DNA of 63,687 bases, the filler included, from Octopus bimaculoides (lineage: Eukaryota): NCBI RefSeq assembly GCF_001194135.2. It is 5 parts of 5 records of this genome, joined end to end, with 100 filler letters (N's around TTAATTAATTAA, not from the genome) between each part and the next. Parts side by side here need not be neighbours in the genome. Positions count along the whole stretch, not along the records: positions 33,243 to 56,497 come from NC_069005.1; 4 more parts are not named here. The stretch is one strand, 5' to 3'. Made by a program: the position numbers and the translations under genes. Shown here one piece after another: positions 39,927-53,199 of this stretch. Position 1 is the first letter of the stretch. Each line of letters starts with the position of its first letter. The notes beneath the pieces are model-generated. The model was not told where the DNA came from. It saw nothing but the letters and a program-made list of their open reading frames with translations, and ran no database searches.

Positions 39927-39962
<36 letters not shown>

Positions 39963-40204
39963 CTCGTGATTTATAACATTTAACCCGCAACCTATAAATA
40001 AACATTGTTTTTTTAAAATCTTTCTAATGTTGGCGTCATTCGTGAGTTTCGAGAAATTCTAACGAATGCTTTAATGCCGTCGGGAGAAATTTCTGACGTT
40101 TCATATTCTTAGTCCTTACTTTCTGTCTTTCGTTTCGTTTCGTTTCGTTTCTTTCCTTCTTTCTTTCTTTCTTTCTGTCACATAACTCTTTCTCATTCTG
40201 GCAC

Positions 40205-40392
40205 AAGGTCAGCGCAGTTTTGAAGGGCGGCAGAAATTGTTTATATCGATATCAGTGTTCAACTAGCCTTTGTTTTGTTGATAAAAGACGAAGTTGCCCT
40301 TGGCCACATTTGAACTCCGAACGTAATGAGACGGAAAAAAAAAGTGCCGCAAAGCATTCGGCCGCGCGCTATCGATTCTACCAGCTCGCCGC
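40205..40392 (-). mobile_element. SINE family B, diverged
   Basis: CACATTTGAACTCCGAACG...GCATTCGGCCGCGCGCTATCGATTCTACCAGCTCGCCGC. Confidence 0.65.
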
Positions 40393-41721
40393 TTTTGTGA
40401 TAATAATAATAATAATAATAATAACAATCAATATTAATTCTCTAATAACAATGATTTCTTTATTTGGCCACAAGGAACCTAAAACAAAACGGTAAAAGAA
40501 AAAGGACGATACATAGTGACAAGGACAATGGGAATTTAAATGAAATTGAGTGAAAAAAACATCATGTGACAATTAACAACAAATAAACACAACTGATGTT
40601 TCTTAATAGGGGTAGCTCCACCCTGGGGCAACCAAAGAGACCGACACATCCTGGACACCAATCACCAAAGGTATCGTAGGAGGTGCCTCTCTTCTCTTTA
40701 TTTCCATCCGGCCCTGCCTGCAGTCACGTGCTCGGAGTAGGCTCATGCACATGGGCCAAGCTCGCCACAGTCACTCACCTTTCATCAAAAATNNNNNNNN
40801 NNNNNNNNNNNNNNNNNNNNNNNNNNNNNNNNNNNNNNNNNNNNNNNNNNNNNNNNNNNNNNNNNNNNNNNNNNNNNNNNNNNNNNNNNNNNNNNNNNNN
40901 NNNNNNNNNNNNNNNNNNNNNTTTCTTTCCAAGTGGAACTTGAAAAAACAAAACAAAAGTGTCGATGAAGGCTTGACTGAGAAAAAGGCTAAGTGTCCCG
41001 TCTTCGGTTTTCTTTCTTTCTTTTTTTTCCTTTCTCTTCAGTCATGTCCATCAAACAACCTCTTTCGCCATAGCCGCCGCCAGACAGGAAAAATGCGTTG
41101 CCCTTCTCGACAATGATGATGATGATGATGATGCTGATGATGATGATGATGATGATGATGATAAAAAATGTAATTTGCTTTTGTTCTTAATGACATAATA
41201 TAACCAAACTGTGCTAATAATGTGTATATATAGGCCACGGTGAGTGTGTTTAAACAGCTATAAAACCATTGTAAATCACTCCAGCGGCCATGAACACTGC
41301 AGAGAATCTGTTTATAAACTGAAGCGAAGGCCTTCAGCTGTTTTTTTCCCTGAGGTCTTCTTTTCCCTTCTTGTGCAAGGCGAATTATGTTAGCGGCAGG
41401 CGTATTCTTTATCGTGACCTTAATTTTGGTTACTGCAGGTCAGTAAAGCATATACGCATATTTTAATCTCTGTGTATGTGTGCGTGTATGTGTGTGCGTG
41501 TTTGTGTGTGTGTGTGTGTGTACCTACTGTTATGTAATCTGTACTTTCGTGCAAGATTCTGCTGTACATTTGGTGCATCTCTGTGTTCCTGAGATATGCG
41601 CACCGTTGTGTTCTGGGGGGGGGGGATTCTTTTGTGGGGATTTGTGAAATATAGACTCCTGTTGTTAATGTACTACACCCACAGCCACCTTAGCAGCTTT
41701 ATAGGCCACCTCTACCCCCAT

Positions 41722-42230
41722 CCCGGGCAACTCAGTGTTCTGGTCCCTGTAATAGTTATTTAGTGACAGCAAACCACATCGTATACAGTTGAAAATTGAG
41801 CCCCTAATCCCATGAGACCCCGAGTAATATCAGTGTACTCAGCCCTATAACATTCATTTATTGACAGCGAGCCACATAGTAGATAATTCAGAACTGAGGC
41901 CAGTGACCAGGGAAGCCCCCGGGCAACCCAGTGCCCTGAGCCCTAAAGTATTTATTTGACATCACACTACATCATACACAGATTAAAACTGGGTCCCTAG
42001 ACTTACGAGGCACCAAGGCAAACCAATGCGCTGAGCTTTAATGTGTTTATTTATTTCAGAGCAAAACACAGTATATATAGATCGATATTGGATCACTGGA
42101 CCCGTGAGGCCCCCGAGCAAATCAATGCGCTGAACCTATAGTATTTATTTATTGACAGCAAATCACAGCATGCATAGATCAGAATTGGGTCTTCAGACCT
42201 GTGAGGGCCCTTGAGTATCTGCCCAATGTA
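41722..42230 (+). repeat. Degenerate tandem array of about 97-99-bp units, five copies
   Basis: Recurrent blocks (C)GGGCAA.CAGTG..CTGAGCCCT, TTTATTGACAGC, CACA...ATAGAT, AATTGGG.CCC, GAGGCCCC starting near 41722, 41821, 41920, 42015 and 42114. Inverted monomer at 26635-26745. Confidence 0.75.
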
Positions 42231-42334
42231 CTCTAAGAAGGCACGGACTCCACTAGTTCGTTTTTTATTTCTTGTTATATTGGTTTCCAATTGTAGCACA
42301 ATACCAGCAATTTCGGCGGGGTGGAGGAGGGCTT

Positions 42335-42385
<51 letters not shown>

Positions 42386-42431
42386 GTCGTCGTCGTCAGC
42401 GTTGTTGTTGTTGTTGTTGTTGTTGTTGTTA

Positions 42432-42644
42432 AGGTGGCGAGCTGGCAGAATCGTTAGCACGCCGGGCGAAATGCTTAGCGGTATTTCGTCTATCGCTACG
42501 TTCTGAGATCAAATTCCGCCGAGGTCGACTTTACTTTTCATCTTTTCGGGGTGGATATATTATGTACCAGTTACACACTGGGATCGACGTAATCGACTAG
42601 TCCCCTCCCCACAAATTTCAGGCCTTGTGCCTATAGTAGAAAGG

Positions 42645-42697
<53 letters not shown>
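42432..42697 (+). mobile_element. SINE family B with long (ATT)n tail
   Basis: Near-consensus copy flanked by (ATT)n/(GTT)n. Confidence 0.9.
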
Positions 42698-42699
<2 letters not shown>

Positions 42700-43550
42700 G
42701 TTTGACTTTTGCTTTGTACATGTACAAGTTGACACCAAGTCTCACCCAGAGACCTCAAGAGACAACAAGCTAGAAGTTCACGTTGGTGTTATGCCTAGGA
42801 TGCCATATATTTGGTTTTGTACATAGTGTTGTTCTAGAGAATGTTTAAGAAACCATAAGAAAATTGTGTTTGTTTTAAAATTTGAGATTACATAGACAGT
42901 ATTTAACGTAAGACATGGCTGTTCCCATGAGCAGTATTTTTTTAATTTCTTCCATTTTTTGGATTTCCTGGGATCTGACCTAGGTAGCAATCAGCCCCTT
43001 TTGCTATCATTCCTAGGGCACCTATGACAACAGGTATCGTTTTAATCTTGAGGATCCACATTTTGTGAATTTCTATTTCAAGATCTTTATACTTGCTCAG
43101 TTTTTGGTAGGTCTTGACAGATACGTTTATATCGATTGGACAGTCATATTAATGAGAAGGCATGATTTTTGTCTGAAGGCTTTCAATGTGATGTCTGACC
43201 TATTCGCATCTATCTTTCTGTCAGTTTGAATGGTGGAGTTCCAGAGGAGTGAGATGCGATCATTTTCAAGCACTGGTGGTGGTTTGTGTTCCCACGAGTT
43301 TCTATCATAGGGCAGGTCCAAGTTTTGCAAATTACCCAGTGAATACATTGTGATGCTCTATCGTGCCTGTTGAGATACTCTGGAGGCGCAAGAAGACTGC
43401 ACATGGAGACAACATGATCGATGGTTTCATTTTGTTTGTTGTTTACATACACGACATTTTGGTCTACTGTCGTTCTTTAATATGATGGCCTGGTAGCTCT
43501 TTGTAGCTAGGTATTGATCTTGGGCTGCTATGATAAACATTTCTGTCTCA
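42698..43550 (-). mobile_element. 3' part of an R4/Dong-like non-LTR retrotransposon (zinc knuckle, restriction-like endonuclease, 3' UTR)
   Basis: ETIDHVVSMCSLLAPPEYLNRHDRASQCIHWVICK; WEHKPPPVLENDRISLLWNSTIQTDRKIDANRSDI...CLLINMTV; KLSKYKDLEIEIHKMWI; IPVVIGALG. This is the C-C-H-C knuckle followed by an RHD / PD-(D/E)xK-type endonuclease region. Frameshifted. Confidence 0.8.
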
Positions 43551-43563
43551 GATTTTATTATTA

Positions 43564-43624
<61 letters not shown>

Positions 43625-43706
43625 CGTTCAACAAATTTAATTATGGAACTCTTCTTTTATTTACATATTCCTTCCAGAGGAGTCATAGCAGTCCTAATAT
43701 TATCTA

Positions 43707-43740
<34 letters not shown>

Positions 43741-43744
43741 GTTC

Positions 43745-43935
43745 AGTAGTTTTATTTTTATAACGTGCTTTCACTTCACTACCGAGCGCAGCTCTGTGCG
43801 CCTTGGGTATGTGCTGTGGTTTGCTGTGATGCTCTTATGGTTACTGTATTGAAAGTGTTTTGCGTAGGATGTGTGCAGTGCCCAGTAGTGCAATTTTCTG
43901 TATGTTATATATATTTGTAAGTCCTGGTGTTTTTG
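43745..43935 (-). mobile_element. Extreme 3' end of a second R4/Dong-like family with (TAA)n tail
   Basis: NIQKIALLGTAHILRKTLSIQ*, a short UTR, then ACAATAATAAT; (TAA)n on both sides. Confidence 0.7.
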
Positions 43936-43963
43936 TTATGTATTTGTATTATTATTATTGTTA

Positions 43964-44066
<103 letters not shown>

Positions 44067-44605
44067 CATCATCATCATCATTATCATCATCATCATTATT
44101 ATCATTATTGAGAGAGAGAGAGTAGTGCATGCCATCAAGTTGACACTGAGGTACAAATATACGAAGCCCAGTATACCCCTCATGACTAGCCGTCTGATAA
44201 GGGTACACCAGGTACATGCATCACAACCACATGCGATAGAAGTACCAGGTTTAAAAAAAAAGTACAAAAATAAGTTCGACTAAAATTTTTTAAGATGGTG
44301 CTGCAGCATGGTCGTAGTTTGCTGAATGACAAGAAATAAAAACAAAACATGTGTGTGTGTGTGTGTGCGTATGCATATATGTATGTATGTATGTATGTAT
44401 GGTGTAAATTAGTCGTTGCTTCTGCTGAGTTCGTCCGTACTAAGATCAATTCTTGGTTTTCATCCCCCGGGGCGTCCAAACACAAAAACCGTCCTCAGTA
44501 AAAAGGGATTGCTGTTGTTTCGTGTTTGTTTACTCACCAATGCGCCGACCTAGCAACAGTTTCAGCGTTTCACGTTACCAGTGGTGACCTCACACACACA
44601 CTCAT

Positions 44606-44640
<35 letters not shown>

Positions 44641-45310
44641 NNNNNNNNNNNNNNNNNNNNNNNNNNNNNNNNNNNNNNNNNNNNNNNNNNNNNNNNNNNN
44701 NNNNNNNNNNNNNNNNNNNNNNNNNNNNNNNNNNNNNNNNNNNNNNNNNNNNNNNNNNNNNNNNNNNNNNNNNNNNNNNNNNNNNNNNNNNNNNNNNNNN
44801 NNNNNNNNNNNNNNNNNNNNNNNNNNNNNNNNNNNNNNNNNNNNNNNNNNNNNNNNNNNNNNNNNNNNNNNNNNNNNNNNNNNNNNNNNNNNNNNNNNNN
44901 NNNNNNNNNNNNNNNNNNNNNNNNNNNNNNNNNNNNNNNNNNNNNNNNNNNNNNNNNNNNNNNNNNNNNNNNNNNNNNNNNNNNNNNNNNNNNNNNNNNN
45001 NNNNNNNNNNNNNNNNNNNNNNNNNNNNNNNNNNNNNNNNNNNNNNNNNNNNNNNNNNNNNNNNNNNNNNNNNNNNNNNNNNNNNNNNNNNNNNNNNNNN
45101 NNNNNNNNNNNNNNNNNNNNNNNNNNNNNNNNNNNNNNNNNNNNNNNNNNNNNNNNNNNNNNNNNNNNNNNNNNNNNNNNNNNNNNNNNNNNNNNNNNNN
45201 NNNNNNNNNNNNNNNNNNNNNNNNNNNNNNNNNNNNNNNNNNNNNNNNNNNNNNNNNNNNNNNNNNNNNNNNNNNNNNNNNNNNNNNNNNNNNNNNNNNN
45301 NNNNNNNNNN

Positions 45311-45352
<42 letters not shown>

Positions 45353-45366
45353 CACATATACATATA

Positions 45367-46101
45367 CGGTGCCGTGCAAAGGTCTTCGGTTACTTTAAAC
45401 TACTGTAAATTTCTACTAATTTCCAACTTATAAGTGGATATTTCGCATTGCGTTTTTTACAGATGAAATATTGACCTTCTTGGAGTCATTTCGCTTTCCT
45501 GGGGGCCTTCTGACAAAATCTTGCTTATTAGAAAGTGAAACGCCCCACGTTACACGACGAAAACAGGGAAGTTTGGGGGAAAGAGTCTGATGCTTTGGGG
45601 ATACATAAAAAGTGATGGTTCAAGAAAGTTGCTTAAAATTGACGGTAACTCGAATAGTGCCAAATACATCCAGTTGCTAAAGGACAATTTGATACCAGAC
45701 TTGGATGAAGGTGAGATTTGTCAACATGACGGAGCTCCATGCCATAGGTCGCGTGCAACACAACGGAGTCTGGATAATGAAGGTGTTACCGTATTGAAAG
45801 TTTGGCTAACTTAGAGCCTTGACTTAAATACTATCGAGCAAATGTGGTCAGAACTAAAGAGAAGAGTTGGTCAGAAGAATCCACGCCATCTTGAAGAGTT
45901 TTGGGAGCTCAGCCACAGAGAATGGCATCTCATACTTGTGAAGATGGTAAAGGATTTGTACGCATCTCTTTCCGGGTGTATTGAAGCAATTATTTAAGCT
46001 AAAGGAAGTCACACGAAATATTAACAATGTACAGTAACTTCTTGAAATAAACATTATGTAATAAATTTTCAATATAAACATTTTTCTGTTTTAAAACACT
46101 G
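45367..46101 (+). mobile_element. Internally deleted Tc1-like DNA transposon
   Basis: MLWGYI...NSAKYIQLLKDNLIP..ICQHDGAPCHRSR...SLDLNTIEQMWSELKRRV...IEAII*AKGSHTKY* is the Tc1 DD34E C-terminus with stops. Left end TA|CGGTGCCGTGCAAAGG, right end CACTG|TA; the ends match only at the tips. Confidence 0.8.
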
Positions 46102-46207
46102 TATCTTGATTGGTTTATGATCGAAGTGCGTCTTCGATTGAACGGCTTTGTAGTTATTGATGTTGTTGTTGCTGTCGTGGACGTTGCTGTTGTTGTTGTT
46201 GTCGTAG

Positions 46208-46269
<62 letters not shown>

Positions 46270-46794
46270 TGTTGCTGTTGTTTTACTCAGTGTCGAACCG
46301 GATGCTGAGTAAACCGTTGTTCAGAGACGTTCCTGTTTGTGATCATCCTGTGGTCGGTTGTTGTCGGCTGTTCAGGCGATAGGTATTTCCTGGCAGACTC
46401 AGGTTCAAATCACTTCAGTCGAGGAATGTTCTGTCAAGGCCAATATTAAGTCAACGAAAGATTTGTTACACACACACACACACATGCGAACATATATGCA
46501 AACATACACACACATGCACATACACACTCATTCATACACACACACATAGATACATACATGCGAACAGATGTGAAAACATATATACACACACATTCACACA
46601 CACACATACACACGTACACATGCATACATACATGCATACATACATACATGCATACATACATACATGCATACATACATACATACATACATACACGCGAACA
46701 TATGTGCAAACATATATACGCTCACAGACACGCCCACCCGCACACATACACACGCTCGCTCACGCACACACACACACACATACACACCCTCGCT

Positions 46795-46842
<48 letters not shown>

Positions 46843-47096
46843 CATGTGCCTTCACATATATGGTGGGGAGAGAAAGTGAGGATCGGTCAATTTAGATGAC
46901 ACGTTAATATTCGCAGTTTATACGAGTACAAAAAAAAATAATCGCACACAAACACACATACACATATACACACATACACATATACACTCATACACATATA
47001 CACACAAGACCATGTAGGATCGTTTTATTACTCACTTATGTTTTAAACATTGTATTCGTATGTGTGTCTATGTAAGTATATGTATATATACTTAGA

Positions 47097-47175
47097 TGTG
47101 GAGGCACAATGGCCTAGTGGTTAGGGCAGCGGACTCGCGGTTTCGATTCCCAGACCGTGCATTGTGAGTGTTTAT
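47097..47175 (+). mobile_element. SINE family C, head fragment
   Basis: GGCACAATGGCCTAGTGGTTAGGGCAGCGGACTCGCGGTTTCGATTCCCAGACC. Confidence 0.7.
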
Positions 47176-47275
47176 TGATTTCGCTAAGACATCAACCAGC
47201 AATCAACACATACTGCTGTTATGCCTTCGCTCCATCATTTCAGGCCTCCATCGTAGATGGGTAGATTTGATAGTG

Positions 47276-47336
<61 letters not shown>

Positions 47337-47706
47337 TGATGATGATGATGATGATAAGAATAATCCATGGATGGAATTTAAATTCCCTTTATGGATTATC
47401 ATTATTATTATTGACGAGGCGGCGAGCTGGCAGAATCGTTAGCATGCCGGACGAAATGCTTAGCATTGCCAGTTGGTATTATCAGGCTGTAACCGGTTTA
47501 ATAAAACAGAAGCTCTTATATGCATAGTCAAAATGTATTTAGTACAAATTTACAGAAAAAAGGTGTAGGAACAAGCTGGTGTATTAGTTTAATGCTCCGG
47601 AAAAGTGGAAGAGTCTTTTACGTTTCGAGCCTACGCTCTTCAGCAGAAAGGATTAAGAGAAATAAAGAACAACTCACGACAACACCGCATTAGTCACACA
47701 GTTTAA

Positions 47707-47798
47707 TTTTTAGGGATATTTTTAGGGATATTTTTTAGGGATATTTTTTAGTTTAACTTTTAGGGATTTTTTTAAGGGATATTTTTAGGGATATTTTT
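47707..47798. repeat. (T4-6 AGGGATA)n minisatellite, about six units
   Basis: TTTTTAGGGATA repeated with variable T runs. Confidence 0.9.
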
Positions 47799-48529
47799 AC
47801 TCTCAGACCCATGCTATGGAAAATCGTAATCTTAAGCTTCTTTGATTCCAAACCTAAACCTAACCAAGCTGACAAACATTTTGGCAATAGTGATCTGCAG
47901 ACAGTAAACTAGAGAACAATTACAACAATTATAATAATTACACTTAACCCGTGACTTTTGGACTGTTTTTCTTTTCTACGCAAATATCTCTTCAGACATC
48001 AAAGCAATTTGGCTGATCTTTAAGGATCAAGTTACTAATTTACGCTGAACCATTCTTTCTATACACAACGCGTGAAGATAATTACAAGTTGGATCCCAAG
48101 AGAAAAAAGTAGCGTTTACCGTATTTTTTGGCATACAAGCTGACGTAATATACAGTATAAATATGTAGCGAAAACATTGAAACAGCGTCGCTTTCTTTCC
48201 AAATCCTACTGCATTTCACATGGAATTTTTTTGTCTTCCAAAGTTGTCTTCGTCTATAAGCAGACCTACCATTTTTTTCACTACCATTGGAGGTTCGTGA
48301 GATGGTTATAATCTGTAAACAGTTTTGAATAGGAACCAGAAAGAGAAGTTTGATACGTAATGCGCATGTGCACACTGAATTCGTAAAACGGAGGAGAAGA
48401 ATAAAAACGCAATGCGCATGTCAAAATAAAATGGAAGAGCAGAAAAAAACCGCCATGTTAAGCAAATTATATGGTCTGCGAGTGTGTGTGTGTGATAACA
48501 GAACGTGTGTGTGCGTATGTATGTATGTA

Positions 48530-48570
<41 letters not shown>

Positions 48571-50456
48571 ACACACACACGTATTTTGAACGTCCGTCTT
48601 ATCCGTCAGTTTATTTATTATATATAATATTACGCTCTCCAAACATGTGTNNNNNNNNNNNNNNNNNNNNNNNNNNNNNNNNNNNNNNNNNNNNNNNNNN
48701 NNNNNNNNNNNNNNNNNNNNNNNNNNNNNNNNNNNNNNNNNNNNNNNNNNNNNNNNNNNNNNNNNNNNNNNNNNNNNNNNNNNNNNNNNNNNNNNNNNNN
48801 NNNNNNNNNNNNNNNNNNNNNNNNNNNNNNNNNNNNNNNNNNNNNNNNNNNNNNNNNNNNNNNNNNNNNNNNNNNNNNNNNNNNNNNNNNNNNNNNNNNN
48901 NNNNNNNNNNNNNNNNNNNNNNNNNNNNNNNNNNNNNNNNNNNNNNNNNNNNNNNNNNNNNNNNNNNNNNNNNNNNNNNNNNNNNNNNNNNNNNNNNNNN
49001 NNNNNNNNNNNNNNNNNNNNNNNNNNNNNNNNNNNNNNNNNNNNNNNNNNNNNNNNNNNNNNNNNNNNNNNNNNNNNNNNNNNNNNNNNNNNNNNNNNNN
49101 NNNNNNNNNNNNNNNNNNNNNNNNNNNNNNNNNNNNNNNNNNNNNNNNNNNNNNNNNNNNNNNNNNNNNNNNNNNNNNNNNNNNNNNNNNNNNNNNNNNN
49201 NNNNNNNNNNNNNNNNNNNNNNNNNNNNNNNNNNNNNNNNNNNNNNNNNNNNNNNNNNNNNNNNNNNNNNNNNNNNGTGGTGGAAAAGTGGGGCATTGCA
49301 ATCTAGACAAACAAAACAACAACAACAACGACGACGGTGAGAATTGTTTTTGTCTCAGTTGTCTTCCAGTACATTTCTGTCTTACATCAAAAGATACGAA
49401 ATAACGTTAAAAACGATAAAGTCGGTTAAGACTGCATGACATATAGGGTGGATCGGGAAAGTTATTGTTTATGGAAGACATTACGAAAAATCTCTTTGTG
49501 AAGTAATAGGTTTTGAAATATAGTTTTAAGAACAAAAGTGAATAATGTGCATATATATCTGGTGGTGGTGGTGGTGAGGGGTAATGTGTGAATGTATGTA
49601 GCATGTGGTATAATTATAAACAGGGCAAATTTTAGCCATTTCTTCGCAAACTGAAAAAAATGAACAACCTTATTCGATTTTCGAACCTTATTGGACTCTC
49701 ATCAGAGGCGTCCACATCATTTTGACACTCTCCAGGGGGAAAAGCAACCAAATTGTTTATACACTCAATAAATGCAGTAGTTACTCTATGAAGGAGTCCC
49801 TAATTTGCATACCGAAAGTGTTTAACACTCTATAAATACCAGTGTGTACTAATATGTATGTATATGTATGTATACGTATGTACATACATTCACACACGTA
49901 TATACTTCCAACAACCCTTAGTGAAATTATCACATACAGTGTACTATAACTAAGGCCTCCTATCATTCGACTTATCACGCAAGAAGGCTCCATTAATATA
50001 TCTAGGAGTTTCCAAACGCTAATAACATAACATTCCATAAGAAACCCATGGATCTCATAAACTATCATCTGATTATATTCAGACTTAAAACACTGTCGTA
50101 GCTGAAGTGCAAAGGGTCACAATACGATTTGTAAGCATCTATAAGTGGAAAATATTTGCCTGAAGAGTCATAAATCCCGACACGTCTTTTTTTTTTTCTC
50201 TCCGTTTTTTTTTTTCTCACTTCATTTTTTCTCCTCATTCTTTTCTGTCGAAGAGCGTAAGCTCGAAATGTCAAAGGCATTCAATATACTCGCTCATTCC
50301 GCTATGCACAGCTTGCAACGTTTGCTCCGGTCTGCATGTGTGAGACTGCATGCCTGCATGTTTGATACATCTCCCTCTCTCTTTGTCTCTGTCTCTCTCT
50401 CTGTCTCTCTCTGTCTCTCTCTCCCTCTCTCTCTCTCTCTCTTCTTACACACACAG

Positions 50457-50495
<39 letters not shown>

Positions 50496-51972
50496 ACCAC
50501 AGTCACNNNNNNNNNNNNNNNNNNNNNNNNNNNNNNNNNNNNNNNNNNNNNNNNNNNNNNNNNNNNNNNNNNNNNNNNNNNNNNNNNNNNNNNNNNNNNN
50601 NNNNNNNNNNNNNNNNNNNNNNNNNNNNNNNNNNNNNNNNNNNNNNNNNNNNNNNNNNNNNNNNNNNNNNNNNNNNNNNNNNNNNNNNNNNNNNNNNNNN
50701 NNNNNNNNNNNNNNNNNNNNNNNNNNNNNNNNNNNNNNNNNNNNNNNNNNNNNNNNNNNNNNNNNNNNNNNNNNNNNNNNNNNNNNNNNNNNNNNNNNNN
50801 NNNNNNNNNNNNNNNNNNNNNNNNNNNNNNNNNNNNNNNNNNNNNNNNNNNNNNNNNNNNNNNNNNNNNNNNNNNNNNNNNNNNNNNNNNNNNNNNNNNN
50901 NNNNNNNNNNNNNNNNNNNNNNNNNNNNNNNNNNNNNNNNNNNNNNNNNNNNNNNNNNNNNNNNNNNNNNNNNNNNNNNNNNNNNNNNNNNNNNNNNNNN
51001 NNNNNNNNNNNNNNNNNNNNNNNNNNNNNNNNNNNNNNNNNNNNNNNNNNNNNNNNNNNNNNNNNNNNNNNNNNNNNNNNNNNNNNNNNNNNNNNNNNNN
51101 NNNNNNNNNNNNNNNNNNNNNNNNNNNNNNNNNNNNNNNNNNNNNNNNNNNNNNNNNNNNNNNNNNNNNNNNNNNNNNNNNNNNNNNNNNNNNNNNNNNN
51201 NNNNNNNNNNNNNNNNNNNNNNNNNNNNNNNNNNNNNNNNNNNNNNNNNNNNNNNNNNNNNNNNNNNNNNNNNNNNNNNNNNNNNNNNNNNNNNNNNNNN
51301 NNNNNNNNNNNNNNNNNNNNNNNNNNNNNNNNNNNNNNNNNNNNNNNNNNNNNNNNNNNNNNNNNNNNNNNNNNNNNNNNNNNNNNNNNNNNNNNNNNNN
51401 NNNNNNNNNNNNNNNNNNNNNNNNNNNNNNNNNNNNNNNNNNNNNNNNNNNNNNNNNNNNNNNNNNNNNNNNNNNNNNNNGGTGGTGGTGGTGGTGGTGG
51501 AGGTGTATAGTTTGAGAGGAATAAGGTGTTTGGCCGAATGGTAGCGGTGGCGTTGGCGTTGGTGTTGGTGTTGGTGGTGGTGGTGGTGGTGGTGGTGATG
51601 GATGTTGGTGTGTTTTGTGTGATATCTGTGCACGTGCATGTGTGTGTGTGTGTGTGTGTGTATTCATTCTCTGTTCGTTCGGAAATATCTTTGAACATTA
51701 TGAGAGTAGGAGGAGTAGGAGGAGGGCTGATCTGTAATCAGAAACCTACTGTCCAGAGCATAGTGTAACCTGGACTACATAATACAATGTGTCCTTTATT
51801 TTAAAGTGTTTTGATAGCTTTTTGTTGTTTTTGTTTTGTTTTAAGACGGCCGAGATGTGATTTGGTTGCTATTCTTAGCAGTTTACTCAAGGGTTTATCG
51901 GGAGAGCACGTGATACTGGCTTACAAAGTATTTGTGTCAGTTCGTATCGTTGATTTATCCTTTCAGCTGAAT

Positions 51973-52039
<67 letters not shown>

Positions 52040-52095
52040 AACATATATAGACAGACAGCCAAACAGATAAACAGACGGGCAGATAGATAGATAGC

Positions 52096-52161
<66 letters not shown>

Positions 52162-52408
52162 TGGAGAGAGAGGAATGGGTGGAGGGAGAGATAGAGAGAA
52201 AGCGTCAGAAGAAATGACCATAAAAAGGAACAAGTTTTTTAAATATGTCGGAAATGTCTCCTTCTCTGAAGAGCGGAGTTAGGAAGAGAAATAATACTTA
52301 AAAACCATTATGAAGATAGATCGTTTGATTTTTTTAGGAAAATGTGGTCACAAGTGAAGAAAAGGAGTGTCAGCTCTTCACAGTTAAAATTACCATCACC
52401 ATCACCAT

Positions 52409-52441
<33 letters not shown>

Positions 52442-52684
52442 TGGTGGTGTCATTTTTCAAACAATTGTCTTAACAATAAATTTGGGATTGCGAATTCAAG
52501 TTCTGTTGTTTTTTTTTTATTTGTTTTAGTCATTAGACATACTTGAAACTCGCATACTTGAAACTCGCATTGCCGACCTACTGAGAAGTACCATCCTATA
52601 TTCCGCAAGAATCCCAAGAGAGATTCTGGAGATTTGGGGAGACTTGGCATCGCCGAATCTCAAGATAAAATTAGCACGCACAAG

Positions 52685-52975
52685 CGAAGCGATGGAGTTT
52701 CCCGTTGGAGACGACGTCTGAGCGATCAGCTCTTCTTTTTTTCTTTTTTTTTGCCGAACGACCTGCACAAAAGATTCGTTTATAGTGATCAAATGTTCAC
52801 GCCGCAGATAAGCTCACTCCCTTCAATCAAATCGACATTACCTGAATAGGTGAACAGAGCAACGTGAGATGGAGTATTTTTGTTCAAGAACACAACGCAT
52901 CGCCCAGTCTAGGAATTGAAATCACGATCGCTAGATCGCGAGTGCAACACTCTAACCACCGAGCCACGCGTCCTC
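52685..52975 (-). mobile_element. SINE family C
   Basis: GAGCAACGTGAGATGGAGTATTTTTGTTCAAGAACACAACGCATCGCCCAGTCTAGGAATTGAAATCACG...CACTCTAACCAC; tail shared with 60772-61070. Confidence 0.75.
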
Positions 52976-53010
52976 CACAGGCGAAATACTATTACTACTA
53001 CTACTACTAC

Positions 53011-53101
<91 letters not shown>

Positions 53102-53199
53102 AATGATAATAATAATGATAATAATAATAATAATTGGACAAATAATAATGTACGTAGAACAAATAGGGGCGGCAAAGTACGTGGAACAAATAGGGGTTG

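Noticed and set aside
40673-40684. IVGG as the N-terminus of the serine protease
   Set aside because: It is preceded by KG rather than an R/K activation site and followed by ASLLFISIRP, with no P..WPW or CGG motif. Treated as chance.
50145-51698. Long ORFs of 200-450 aa in the ORF track, here and across the other gaps
   Set aside because: They are open only because Ns are translated as X and the flanks are microsatellites (HT, YI, CV, poly-D/N/M runs).
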